DNA of 64,000 nt, taken from positions 345,976 to 409,975 of the forward strand of contig JBBAWM010000001.1 in the NCBI GenBank assembly GCA_040397175.1, in the 5' to 3' direction. This document shows positions 40,508 to 53,594 of the stretch, piece after piece. Within the stretch, counting starts at the first letter, position 1. Every line of letters begins with the position of its first letter. The DNA comes from Candidatus Limnocylindrus sp. (lineage in GTDB: Bacteria; Chloroflexota; Limnocylindria; Limnocylindrales; Limnocylindraceae). Both the position numbers and the translations under genes were made by a program. The notes beneath the pieces were generated by a model. The model saw only the letters and a program-made list of their open reading frames with translations, searched no databases and was not told the DNA's origin.

Positions 40508-41628
40508 GTGTGCGTGGGTCGCTCCCGCCGATCCTCGTCCTCTTCGGTGGAAGGAGCGCGGAGTCTGATATCTCGGTGATCTCTGGCACCGCCATCGCAG
40601 CAGCGCTCCTTGATGCTGGGTTGAACGTGACGCAGGCGCATATCGCTCGGGACGGTTCCGTTCGATCGCTGGCAGCCGACCATCGCCGCGACAACGTTGC
40701 GGGCGGCGCCTATACCGACCTCACTGCGTCAGCACTTCGCTCTGCACCGGTCATGGCGCTCGAAACCTATCTGCACGGCGTTGCCGCATCGGCACCAGAG
40801 ACGATCGTCATTCCGGCGCTACATGGACCAGGCGACGAAGATGGCACGATCGCAGCGGCAGCCGCGGCCGCTGGACTCAACTATGTCGGGGATACCCCCG
40901 ATGTTGCCGCGCTCGGCATGGATAAGCCGCGATTCAAATCACTCGCACGCGAACTCGGCGTTGCAACGCTCCCCGACCTGGTGATCAGCCAACAGGATTG
41001 GTCGTCAAATCGCGCGCACGCGCTCGACGCCCTGGCAGCCTTTGCGCACGAGCACACTGCGACGGGGGCGCTGATCGGCAAACCGGCGGCACACGGGTCC
41101 TCAATCGGTATGAAGATCGCCCACACGTCAGCCGAATGGGCCGAAGCCGTCGAGGAGGCACTGCGCTTCGGTGATCACGCCATGCTCGAGCCGTACCTTG
41201 AGCGCGCCAGGGAGCTAGAGGTTGCAGTGTTGGAACGTGCGGACGGCTCGGTGCAAGCGTTTGGCCCTGGCGAGGTGTTCCCCGGGCGAGAGTTTTACGA
41301 TTACGACGCCAAGTATGCGCCCGGAATTTCGCGCACTGCCACCTCAAGCGAACTCCCTTCCGGCCTATCCGATGAGATTCGCAACGCTGCTGCAGCGCTC
41401 TTCGCGGCCGCGGGCAGTCGGGGCCTCTCGCGCATGGACTTCTTGATGGCGCGGAGCGGCGAGCGCGCTGGCCACTGGTACCTCTCAGAGGTGAATACCT
41501 TCCCTGGCTTCACGCCAATCTCGCTCTTCCCTGCATTGGTGATGTCTGGTGGTTCCAGTTTTATGGAGCTGTGCGTTGAGTTGGTCGCTGCGGCCGCCGC
41601 ACGTCCCGCAGGTCGTGGCGCGCAATGA
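40504..41628 (+). CDS. ddl: D-alanine--D-alanine ligase
   Basis: GGRSAE, LHG..EDG, MDK, KP..HGSSIG, FYDYDAKY, EVNTFPGFT. Confidence 0.9.
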   Translation: MSVRGSLPPILVLFGGRSAESDISVISGTAIAAALLDAGLNVTQAHIARDGSVRSLAADHRRDNVAGGAYTDLTASALRSAPVMALETYLHGVAASAPETIVIPALHGPGDEDGTIAAAAAAAGLNYVGDTPDVAALGMDKPRFKSLARELGVATLPDLVISQQDWSSNRAHALDALAAFAHEHTATGALIGKPAAHGSSIGMKIAHTSAEWAEAVEEALRFGDHAMLEPYLERARELEVAVLERADGSVQAFGPGEVFPGREFYDYDAKYAPGISRTATSSELPSGLSDEIRNAAAALFAAAGSRGLSRMDFLMARSGERAGHWYLSEVNTFPGFTPISLFPALVMSGGSSFMELCVELVAAAAARPAGRGAQ

Positions 41629-42725
41629 GCGGTCGCGAACGACCACCTGGGGGACGCGGAGGGCAGCGCGGCGCGGGAGCACGCCCCTTCGCCCCCGGTG
41701 AGGCGCCGCTTGGCGTGCGCCCTGGCCTGGGTGGAGGGCGCCGGCGCGCTGGCGTGACGCCGATCGGTGGCTCAAGGGTTCAACGTGCGAACGATGCGCC
41801 TGGAGTGGCGTCGGAGCGGGGAGCCCGTCTCTCCCCCGGAGCTGCCGCGCGACTCCGTCGCATGGCCCTTGGAGCGCTGCTGGTCGTGGCCCTCCTCTTG
41901 CCCCCAGTGGCTGCGCGCGCCAACCTCACCACGGTTGGGCATGTTTCGGTAGTCGGTACCCTCCTGCTCGATCCCGAGGCGGTGATCGAGGCGGCACACA
42001 TTCCCATCGGGAGCAGCCTCCTCGGTGTCGATCTCCGCGCGGCAGAGACGGCGGTGGCAGCGTTGCCGCTCGTCGATGCAGTTCGCGTCAGCGCTGGGCT
42101 GCCGGATGGAATCCAAATTCGCGTGCGCGAGAAGTCGCTCTTGTTGCGATGGCAGATTGGCGATCAGGTCTACGCGGTGTCCGAAAGTGGCGAGCTCTTA
42201 GGCGATGTTGCCGCGCTTCACCTCGCTCCTTCGGCGGCCTCCGCGCTTGCGGCGGCACCCCTCCTCTTCGACGATCGCGTGCCAAGTCCACTTCAGACGG
42301 TGGGGCGGCTCACGGCGACCGAGCTTGATGTCGCAACCCGCCTCGCCTCCCTCACACCGGGGGATCTCGGCACCGGGGCGACCGCATTGACGCTCCGACT
42401 CCTCGGCGATTTTGGCTTCGTGGTGCAGGCAGCGGGACCCTCGATTGAGTGGAGCGCCGTCTTCGGGATTTACTCCGCCACCATCCGTCCGACGAGCATG
42501 ATCCCGGGCCAGGTGCGGCTGCTGCGCAGCTTGCTCGCCGGACGGGAGACGCGGATTGGTTGGGTGATCCTTGCCGACGACCAGGCTGGCACCTACACGG
42601 CGAAGGGGGTACGCCCGCCACCGCCAGCCGTGAGCCCAAGCCCGAGCCCAAGCGCTAGCCCAAGCGCGAGCCCAGCCTCCCCTGATCCAGCGTCCAGCCC
42701 ATCGACCTCCACGGTCGCTCCGTGA
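41625..42725 (+). CDS. ftsQ: Cell division protein FtsQ/DivIB-like
   Basis: Single TM segment followed by a POTRA-like region (V.V.G...LP.V..VRV...LPD.I.IRVRE); lies between ddl and ftsA; Ser/Pro-rich tail. Confidence 0.8.
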   Translation: MSGRERPPGGRGGQRGAGARPFAPGEAPLGVRPGLGGGRRRAGVTPIGGSRVQRANDAPGVASERGARLSPGAAARLRRMALGALLVVALLLPPVAARANLTTVGHVSVVGTLLLDPEAVIEAAHIPIGSSLLGVDLRAAETAVAALPLVDAVRVSAGLPDGIQIRVREKSLLLRWQIGDQVYAVSESGELLGDVAALHLAPSAASALAAAPLLFDDRVPSPLQTVGRLTATELDVATRLASLTPGDLGTGATALTLRLLGDFGFVVQAAGPSIEWSAVFGIYSATIRPTSMIPGQVRLLRSLLAGRETRIGWVILADDQAGTYTAKGVRPPPPAVSPSPSPSASPSASPASPDPASSPSTSTVAP

Positions 42726-42805
42726 TGGCGCAGGTGCGGCGTGTCGTTCGGGTGAGCAGGGGTATGATGCGCAAGATGAGCGCACAGAGTGGAGGGGGCA
42801 ACTAA

Positions 42806-44047
42806 ATGGCTGAAGAGCGCTACACGACGATTGCCGCGATCGATATCGGGACCTCGAAAGTCTCGTGCGCCATCGCGCATATCGGTGGCGAGAATGGTTC
42901 AATTAGCGTCATTGGCAAGGGAACGTACCCGAATCAAGGGATGCGCAAGGGCGTGGTCACCGACATCGAAAAGACCGGCGCCGCCATCCGCGCCGCTGTC
43001 GACGCCGCCGAGCGCCTCTCGGGTTATCACATTGAACACGCCACCATCACAATCTCTGGCAGCCATGTGCTCGGCCAGAACACGAGCGGGCAGGTCGCCG
43101 TCGCCAACCCCGATCGCGAGATTCGTGACGACGATGTGGATCGCGTGCTTGAGGTTTGCCGTGCGATTGAGGTTCCAAACTCTCGCATGCTGCTTAATGT
43201 GCTCCCGTCGTCCTACATCGTGGATGGGCAAGAGGGGATCCAGCAGCCACGCGGCATGATCGCCTACCGTCTCGAGGCGCGTGCGCATCTAATTACCGCG
43301 GGCAGTACCGCCGTGCAGAACCTCGAGAAGTGTGTGCAGGCTGCTGGCATTGCGGTCGATGACTACGTTCCGGCATCCCTCGCCGCTGCGGAGCTCACGC
43401 TGACCGAGACCGAGCGCGAACTGGGTACGGTCTTGGTCGATATTGGCGCGGAGACCTGCGACATCGCGATCTTCCACCAGAACGCTGTGGTCTATACGGC
43501 GGTCCTGCCGATCGGCGGCGCATTCATCACGCGTGACGTGGCGATTGGGCTCAAGACGAGCCTCCTTGCCGCCGAAGAGTTGAAGATGACCTATGGCACG
43601 TGTGATCCGCGCACCGCCAGTGATACGGAGCAGTACAACGTGCCCGATGAGCCAGCCGGCCGGCGCATCAGTCGACTCGAACTCGCTCGCATCATTGAGC
43701 CGCGCATGAGCGAGATCTTTGAGCTGATCGCGGGGGTGATCGCCAGCGCGGGCCCCGAGGTGACCAGCGCGGGTGTCGTCTTGACTGGCGGCGGCGCGCA
43801 GCTGGCGGGCGTCGAGGCCCTCGGCCGCGAGATCCTGAAGGCGCCAGTGCGCGTCGCATCGCCAACCGGCCCTCTCCTGGGCATCCTCGACGAGTTTCGC
43901 GGACCGGGTCAGGCAGCCGTACTCGGCCTCTTCTCGTGGGTCGCTCGAGGGCTCGACGAGGCAGGGATCGCCGAGGAGCCAGCCGCAGGCTTCGGTGGTC
44001 GCCTCTTTGGCGGGGCACGCAACCTCCTCGGCCGCATTCGGGGGTAG
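42806..44047 (+). CDS. ftsA: Cell division protein FtsA
   Basis: IDIGTSK, GMRKGVV, VDIGA, AEELK, VLTGGG, C-terminal amphipathic helix. Confidence 0.95.
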   Translation: MAEERYTTIAAIDIGTSKVSCAIAHIGGENGSISVIGKGTYPNQGMRKGVVTDIEKTGAAIRAAVDAAERLSGYHIEHATITISGSHVLGQNTSGQVAVANPDREIRDDDVDRVLEVCRAIEVPNSRMLLNVLPSSYIVDGQEGIQQPRGMIAYRLEARAHLITAGSTAVQNLEKCVQAAGIAVDDYVPASLAAAELTLTETERELGTVLVDIGAETCDIAIFHQNAVVYTAVLPIGGAFITRDVAIGLKTSLLAAEELKMTYGTCDPRTASDTEQYNVPDEPAGRRISRLELARIIEPRMSEIFELIAGVIASAGPEVTSAGVVLTGGGAQLAGVEALGREILKAPVRVASPTGPLLGILDEFRGPGQAAVLGLFSWVARGLDEAGIAEEPAAGFGGRLFGGARNLLGRIRG

Positions 44048-44052
44048 CCCAA

Positions 44053-44087
44053 CCCGCCGCGAACCGCGGGCGGGGCGCTGCTACACT
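44053..44087 (+). promoter_or_regulatory. GC hairpin after ftsA followed by a putative extended -10 promoter for ftsZ
   Basis: CCCGCCGCG-AAC-CGCGGGCGGG, then TG-C-TACACT at 44079-44087. Confidence 0.45.
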
Positions 44088-44167
44088 TCGCGGGATCGAC
44101 GGGAGGGCGTCGTCTAAACGGGGCTAGCCCCGGGCGGCGCAGAGTCGGGGCAACAGGTCCGGAGGGC

Positions 44168-45379
<1,212 letters not shown>

Positions 45380-45401
45380 TAGCTGGGGGTAACCCCAGGA
45401 G

Positions 45402-46106
45402 ATGCTGAGCGCCGCTGATCTCACCAGCAGCTACCGCGAACTACTTTCGCGCGTACGCGCCGCCGGCCCCGCCGAACTGATGGTCGTCACGAAGGGTGTT
45501 GCTGCGGAGCAGATCGCGGTGGTTGTAGACGCTGGCTGCACTCTCTTCGGTGAGAATCGCGTTCAGGAGTTGGAGGCAAAGCGGGCGGCCGTTGCAGCAC
45601 TGCGCCCTACGGCAAATCTCACGTGGGTCCTGATCGGCCCGCTGCAGTCGAACAAGGCGCGACGTGCGATCGAGGTTGCCGACCGCATCGCCACCGTGGG
45701 GAGTGTTGAGCTGCTTGAGCGCCTTGCCGCACTTGCCAGCGAACGCGCAAAGCCGCTGGAGATTGCCCTGCAGGTCAACGTGGACGAGGATCCGGCCAAG
45801 TCGGGCTTCACCCCAGCGGGTCTCCGCGCGGCGCTCCCCGCCATCGCGGCAATCGTCAGCGCTGCCCCGATCACCCTCGCTGGGCTCTTTACGGTGGGGA
45901 GGCTCACTGCAGGTGGGGAGGCCGCACGCCCAACCTTCGCCCAGTTCTGCGCGCTGGCGACAGAGGTCGATGTTGACGCACGGGCGCTCGGCCTTCAGCT
46001 CGGGCCACTGCGCTCCGCGGGGATGAGTGGCGACTTCGAGGTGGCGATCAGTGAGGGCTCCACCGAGGTGCGTGTGGGGAGCGCACTCTTTGGTCAGCGC
46101 GGCTAG
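45402..46106 (+). CDS. yggS: YggS/PLP homeostasis protein
   Basis: VVTK (PLP Lys), FGENRVQE, IGPLQSNK, LQVN...KSG, GMSGDF..AI.EGST.VRVGSALFG. Confidence 0.92.
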   Translation: MLSAADLTSSYRELLSRVRAAGPAELMVVTKGVAAEQIAVVVDAGCTLFGENRVQELEAKRAAVAALRPTANLTWVLIGPLQSNKARRAIEVADRIATVGSVELLERLAALASERAKPLEIALQVNVDEDPAKSGFTPAGLRAALPAIAAIVSAAPITLAGLFTVGRLTAGGEAARPTFAQFCALATEVDVDARALGLQLGPLRSAGMSGDFEVAISEGSTEVRVGSALFGQRG

Positions 46107-46115
46107 GCTGTAGTC

Positions 46116-46370
46116 ATGCGTACGTCAGATATCGTTGGCCTCGTGTTCCAGACCCTCTGGTGGGTGATTCTCGGACGCGTGCTGCTCTCGTGGTTTGACC
46201 CGGCCGGATCCTATCGGATCTCGCGCATCATCTACGACATGAGTGAGCCGATCCTCGCCCCAGCCCGACGCATCCTGCCCACCTTCGGCGGCGTGGACTG
46301 GTCGCCGCTCGTCACGATGCTTGCCCTGAACGTGCTTGAGGGTTTCATCTTAGGCAGCCTCAGAGGCTGA
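46116..46370 (+). CDS. yggT: YggT/YlmG family membrane protein
   Basis: RVLLSWF...SEPILAPARRILP..GGVDWSP. Confidence 0.9.
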   Translation: MRTSDIVGLVFQTLWWVILGRVLLSWFDPAGSYRISRIIYDMSEPILAPARRILPTFGGVDWSPLVTMLALNVLEGFILGSLRG

Positions 46371-46392
46371 ACCGAGTAGAATCTGCGCCCGA

Positions 46393-46469
<77 letters not shown>

Positions 46470-46483
46470 CCTTCACGCGACCG

Positions 46484-49180
<2,697 letters not shown>

Positions 49181-49344
49181 GGGTCCTCCCCTTTGTTGTG
49201 CGTGGCCGCGGCTGCGTCACCCCGCTTGCGGCTAGGGTAGCGCGCCGCGCCTCAGCAGCGCGCCGCCGCTGCGGAGGCTACCATCGGCTCAATTGCGGGT
49301 ACGGCCCTGGCCGCCCGTCCATCGGAGAGGTGAGGGAGCAGCAC

Positions 49345-49779
49345 ATGGGAGCAACACGGCGCAGCGCAATGTCGGCTGGCGGCCTGGTCATTCGAGGTGT
49401 TGGCGGTCGCCCAGAGATCGTGATTGGTCGCCGTCGTCGAGAGCGAGACGGTTTCGTCTGGTCGCTACCAAAGGGGACCCCTGAAGATGGCGAAACTCGC
49501 GAGGAGACGGCGCTTCGCGAAGTGCGCGAAGAGACGGGCCTGGAGGTGCAAATCCTCTCCTATTTTGATGCCATTCACTACTCGTTCACCCGGGGCGGGG
49601 AGCGGATCGACAAGACGGTGCACTACTACTTAATGGAGGCGATCGGCGGATCGTTTGATCAGTGGGATCACGAATTCGACGAGGTGCGCTGGGTGCCGAT
49701 GGAGGAGGCGATCGCCCTCCTGGACTTTCAAACAGAGTGCGGCCTCGTTGAGCGCGCCTACGCCGCCCTCGCTGCATAG
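49345..49779 (+). CDS. NUDIX hydrolase (Ap4A hydrolase/MutT1-like)
   Basis: SAGGLV, WSLPKG, complete Nudix box G-x5-E-x7-REVREETG. Confidence 0.9.
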   Translation: MGATRRSAMSAGGLVIRGVGGRPEIVIGRRRRERDGFVWSLPKGTPEDGETREETALREVREETGLEVQILSYFDAIHYSFTRGGERIDKTVHYYLMEAIGGSFDQWDHEFDEVRWVPMEEAIALLDFQTECGLVERAYAALAA

Positions 49780-49887
49780 TCGATTCGTGCGGGCGGGTCA
49801 CCCCGCCACAAAAGAGCACGGCGACCCCCTATCCTGTGGGGAGATCGGCAACCGCCGATCCATGAGAGCGTGAGAGGAGAGATGCGG

Positions 49888-51816
49888 ATGCATCCGAGCC
49901 TAAAGGTCCTTGCTGCAGCGCTCTTAACAGTAACTCTCCTCCCTGGTTGCACCATCTTCTCTGGTCGCACCCTGCGCGTCGGGATTGTGGGTGAGCCTGC
50001 CGGCCTCGAGCTCGCCTATACGGATGACGCCTCTGCCCTTGTCGGCTCCATGGTCCACGCGGGCCTCTACCGCGCTGACGCCTCCTTCGCGCCTACCCCC
50101 GTTCTAGCAGCGGGTGATGCGTCGAGTGCGGCAGGTGGTACGAAGTGGCGCGTGACACTGCGCCCTGGGCTCACCTTCCACGATGGATCGCTCCTTACCG
50201 CAGAGGACGTGAAATTCACCTACGAGCTTGCAGCCTCCACCCGCTGTCCACTGGTGAGCGACATTTGCGCCGTGGTTGGTAACCACCTGGTCTCTGTTGA
50301 GTCGGCGACAGACGGCACGCTCACCTTCACCTTGAAATCGCCGTGGGCTCCCTGGCAAACGCGTGGATTGACGATCCCGATCCTCCCAAAGGCCACCCTT
50401 ACCGCATCACTTGCCCGACTTCAGGCCAAGGTCCAATCGGCAGATCGCAACGCGGTCTCCCTGACGCGGGAGAACATTGCCGCCGATATTGACGGCGGCG
50501 GTTGCGCCGCCTCTGGCGGCACAAACTGCACCTATGCCTCACGTGTCACCGAGCTAGAACGCACCCTAGCCGATGCTGGGCTGGATCTTCCCGACCCGCG
50601 CGGCTATCCGCAGCTCAATAGTGCGGGTGAGGCAACGGGGAGCCGAGATGATGAACAGTACGCACTTGCGCTGTATGCACGGCTCACCGCACTTGAGGGG
50701 TTACTCCTCTCGCCAACTGACGGGCAGCTGGCCGCCGCATTCCCGCTTCTCGACGTGCAGAGCGCGCCAGTAGGCGCTGGACCGTATGAATTTGTCGAGC
50801 GAGTGCCAGGCACCTTCGTGCAGCTTGCCGCCTTCAAGGGATACGCCGTCGGAGTAGCGCCAATGTCGGCGATGACAATGACGGTCTTTGCGTCGACAGC
50901 CGGTGTGGTGAAATCCTTCCAGGGCGGCGGAATCGATTGGGCGCCGGACCTCCGTGCCGCAGACGTCGCCGGCCTCAACGTCAGCAGCGATGCAACGCTG
51001 TTGCACACGGCATCACTCCGCGGATACAACTACCTCGCGTTTAATACACGCGAAGGCCGACTCTTTGCCAACGGCGTTGCCCGCCGTGCCTTGGCCTCCT
51101 GCGTAGACATTCCGGCGATACTCACCGGGGCCACTGACGACACGGGGATCAAGATCTCGAGCACCGTTGCACCGACCTCGTGGGCAGCCGAGAACCCTGC
51201 TGCAGCAGAGTCGACGCGCGATGTTGTCGGTGCGCGAGCTGCACTCGTTGCCGACGGCTGGGTGGCGGGGCAGGATGGCGTCTTCGCCCGTGCCGGCGTG
51301 CGCCTTGAGGCCGACATCATCGTCCGTGAGGGCCAGGTTGCACGATCTCGCGCCGCACAATTGATCGTTGACCAGGTTGCAGAGTGCGGCATCTCACTCA
51401 CCGTTGCCGAACTCCCGTTTGTGACGGATATTGCGGCGCGGCTCCGCTATCCCAATGACTTTGACCTCTATCTCGGTGCGTGGCAGTGGAGCCTCGACCC
51501 AGATGATTCGGACATCTTTGCCTCAACTGGTTGCCCAACCGAAGAGTCGCCGGCGGGAAAGAACTTTGTCTGTTGGTCAAATGCGCGGGTGGACCAGCTA
51601 CTCGCCCAGGGGGTCTCGGCTGGAAGTGTGAGCTCTCGTGTGGGGATCTACGCCACGATTCAATCAATCCGTCGCAGTGAGCGACCGTACCTCCTCCTGT
51701 GGGGAGATCCTGGATATGCGCTCATTCGCAATAGGATCACGTGGGCTACTCGAGCCTCTGATGTGCAGAGCCCCCTATACGCGTGGTCGATCCACACGTG
51801 GGATTTGCAAAAGTAG
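49888..51816 (+). CDS. Family-5 (Opp/Dpp) ABC substrate-binding lipoprotein with a large internal insertion
   Basis: Lipobox LPGC; LRPGLTFHDG..LTAEDVKFT, PVGAGPY, YLAFN, VARRAL, W..DPD. The start may be 49882. Confidence 0.85.
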   Translation: MHPSLKVLAAALLTVTLLPGCTIFSGRTLRVGIVGEPAGLELAYTDDASALVGSMVHAGLYRADASFAPTPVLAAGDASSAAGGTKWRVTLRPGLTFHDGSLLTAEDVKFTYELAASTRCPLVSDICAVVGNHLVSVESATDGTLTFTLKSPWAPWQTRGLTIPILPKATLTASLARLQAKVQSADRNAVSLTRENIAADIDGGGCAASGGTNCTYASRVTELERTLADAGLDLPDPRGYPQLNSAGEATGSRDDEQYALALYARLTALEGLLLSPTDGQLAAAFPLLDVQSAPVGAGPYEFVERVPGTFVQLAAFKGYAVGVAPMSAMTMTVFASTAGVVKSFQGGGIDWAPDLRAADVAGLNVSSDATLLHTASLRGYNYLAFNTREGRLFANGVARRALASCVDIPAILTGATDDTGIKISSTVAPTSWAAENPAAAESTRDVVGARAALVADGWVAGQDGVFARAGVRLEADIIVREGQVARSRAAQLIVDQVAECGISLTVAELPFVTDIAARLRYPNDFDLYLGAWQWSLDPDDSDIFASTGCPTEESPAGKNFVCWSNARVDQLLAQGVSAGSVSSRVGIYATIQSIRRSERPYLLLWGDPGYALIRNRITWATRASDVQSPLYAWSIHTWDLQK

Positions 51817-51822
51817 GGGCTG

Positions 51823-52722
51823 ATGCGACGCAGAGTGCTCGCCCTTGCACAGATTGCCCCAGCCCTTGGCGATCTTCCCCAGAACCTCGCCATCCATCAA
51901 GAGAAGATGGCGGAGGGTCGGATTGCGGGCGCCGATCTGGTGATCTTCCCTGAGCTCAGCCTCACCGGATATCAGCTACAAGACCTCACGCCAGAGGTTG
52001 CAATGCGACGCAGTGATCCTCGACTTCAGGCCCTGGCAGCGCTCACACGTGGTGGCCCGTCAGCGATCGTCTCGTTTGTGGAGTCCACAGACGACCATCG
52101 CTGCTTCGCCTCCGCCGCCCTGTTGGAGGGGGGTGAGGTTCGCCATGTGGCGCGCAAATGCTACCTGCCAACGTACGGAATCTTCGATGAGCGACGCTTC
52201 CTCGCAGCGGGCGATTCGATTCGTGCCGCGCGCGCCGTCCTGGGTAGCGCAACGGCACAAGGGGATGTCGGTTTTGGCATTGGGATCTGTGAAGATTTCT
52301 GGCATCCAACGCTGCCATCGATCCTTGCGCAGGACGGTGCCGAACTCCTCATCAACGTGGCGGCTGGGCCGGCGCGCGGTGCAAGCGTGGACGCCGATGA
52401 GGGACTTGGCTCGGCGGCATCGTGGGGCACCCTCTTGCGAGCCACCGCGGCGCTCACCACCTCCTATGTCGCATTCACCAATCGGGTTGGCGTCGACGAG
52501 TCGCTGATCTTCTGGGGCGGCTCACGTGTGATCGGCCCCGATGGCGTGGTGCTCGCTGAGGCGCCACTTTTTGAGGAGGCGCTCCTCTTGGCCGAGATCG
52601 ATCTTGATGAGGTGGCACGCGCGCGGAGCGCCCTCCCTCTCCTTCGCGATGAGCGACTTGAGCTAACGCGTCGCGAATTCGATCGCATCATCGCCACGCG
52701 CGCCGGCCTCGAGGAGGCGTAG
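51823..52722 (+). CDS. Nitrilase-family amidohydrolase, probable stand-alone glutaminase subunit of NAD+ synthetase
   Basis: Catalytic triad FPE / RKCYLPTYGIFDERRF / ICEDFW, NRVG..E..FWGGS; 5 nt upstream of nadE. Confidence 0.85.
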   Translation: MRRRVLALAQIAPALGDLPQNLAIHQEKMAEGRIAGADLVIFPELSLTGYQLQDLTPEVAMRRSDPRLQALAALTRGGPSAIVSFVESTDDHRCFASAALLEGGEVRHVARKCYLPTYGIFDERRFLAAGDSIRAARAVLGSATAQGDVGFGIGICEDFWHPTLPSILAQDGAELLINVAAGPARGASVDADEGLGSAASWGTLLRATAALTTSYVAFTNRVGVDESLIFWGGSRVIGPDGVVLAEAPLFEEALLLAEIDLDEVARARSALPLLRDERLELTRREFDRIIATRAGLEEA

Positions 52723-52727
52723 TTCGC

Positions 52728-53594
52728 GTGGCGGAGGGCAGGGGTAGCAGCGGAACGCATGATGAGCTCGCAATCGATCCCGAGATGGTCGCGGTCATGT
52801 GCCGCTCCTTCATCACCTCGCACCTGGCGAGCACCGGCGCCGAGCGTGTAGTACTGGGCCTCTCCGGCGGCATCGACTCCGCACTGGTTGCCTACCTTAC
52901 GGCCGCCGCGATTGGGGCAGATCGCCTGGTGGTGGTGCTCATGCCAACGGCGTCGTCCACACCGAGCTCAAAGGCAGATGCAGAGGCAATCGTGAGCGAT
53001 CTCCGCTGCCAGAGCGAACTCATCTCGATTGAGGCCCCCTTGGCGGCACTCATGGCGAATCTGCCCGGCGGTGAGAGCGTGACGCCCGTACGTCGGGGAA
53101 ATATCGCAGCACGATTGCGAATGACGACGCTGTATGACCGTTCAGCCGTGCATCGTGGGGTTGTAATCGGCACGGGGAACAAGAGCGAGATCCTGATCGG
53201 CTACTCCACGATTTTCGGCGATGCCGCATCCGCATTCAACCCGATCGGCGATCTGTATAAGACGCAGGTGCGCGAACTCTCACGCCACCTCGGCGTGCCG
53301 ACGCAGATCATTGAGAAGGCGCCGAGCGCCGATCTCTGGCCCGGACAAACCGATGAGGGTGAGGGTGGATTTGACTACCCAACGCTCGATCGCGTTCTCT
53401 ATCGCATCGTTGATCGCCGCCTTCCGCTCGAGGATGTGATCGCGGAAGGCTTCGATCGCGACTTCGTCCTACGCGTCAGCGAGATGATCCGTCGATCTGA
53501 GTTCAAGCGACAGATGCCACCGATTGCGAAGGTGGGGGGTCGGAGTAGTGGGAGCGACTATCTCTACCCTCGGCGGCGCCCGAAGCTTGACTGA
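52728..53594 (+). CDS. nadE: NAD+ synthetase (synthetase domain only)
   Basis: GLSGGIDS, GNIAARLRM, GTGNKSE..GY.T.FGD, DLYKT, KAPSADLW.GQTDE, EFKR. Confidence 0.95.
   Translation: MAEGRGSSGTHDELAIDPEMVAVMCRSFITSHLASTGAERVVLGLSGGIDSALVAYLTAAAIGADRLVVVLMPTASSTPSSKADAEAIVSDLRCQSELISIEAPLAALMANLPGGESVTPVRRGNIAARLRMTTLYDRSAVHRGVVIGTGNKSEILIGYSTIFGDAASAFNPIGDLYKTQVRELSRHLGVPTQIIEKAPSADLWPGQTDEGEGGFDYPTLDRVLYRIVDRRLPLEDVIAEGFDRDFVLRVSEMIRRSEFKRQMPPIAKVGGRSSGSDYLYPRRRPKLD

Noticed and set aside
40504-41628. Van-type D-Ala-D-Lac ligase
   Set aside because: The omega loop reads YDYDAKY with Tyr, as in D-Ala-D-Ala ligases, and there are no vanH or vanX genes.
42615-42722. SPSPSPSASPSASP tandem repeat at the end of ftsQ
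   Set aside because: Ordinary Ser/Pro low-complexity tail; not a CRISPR array or a convincing contingency repeat.
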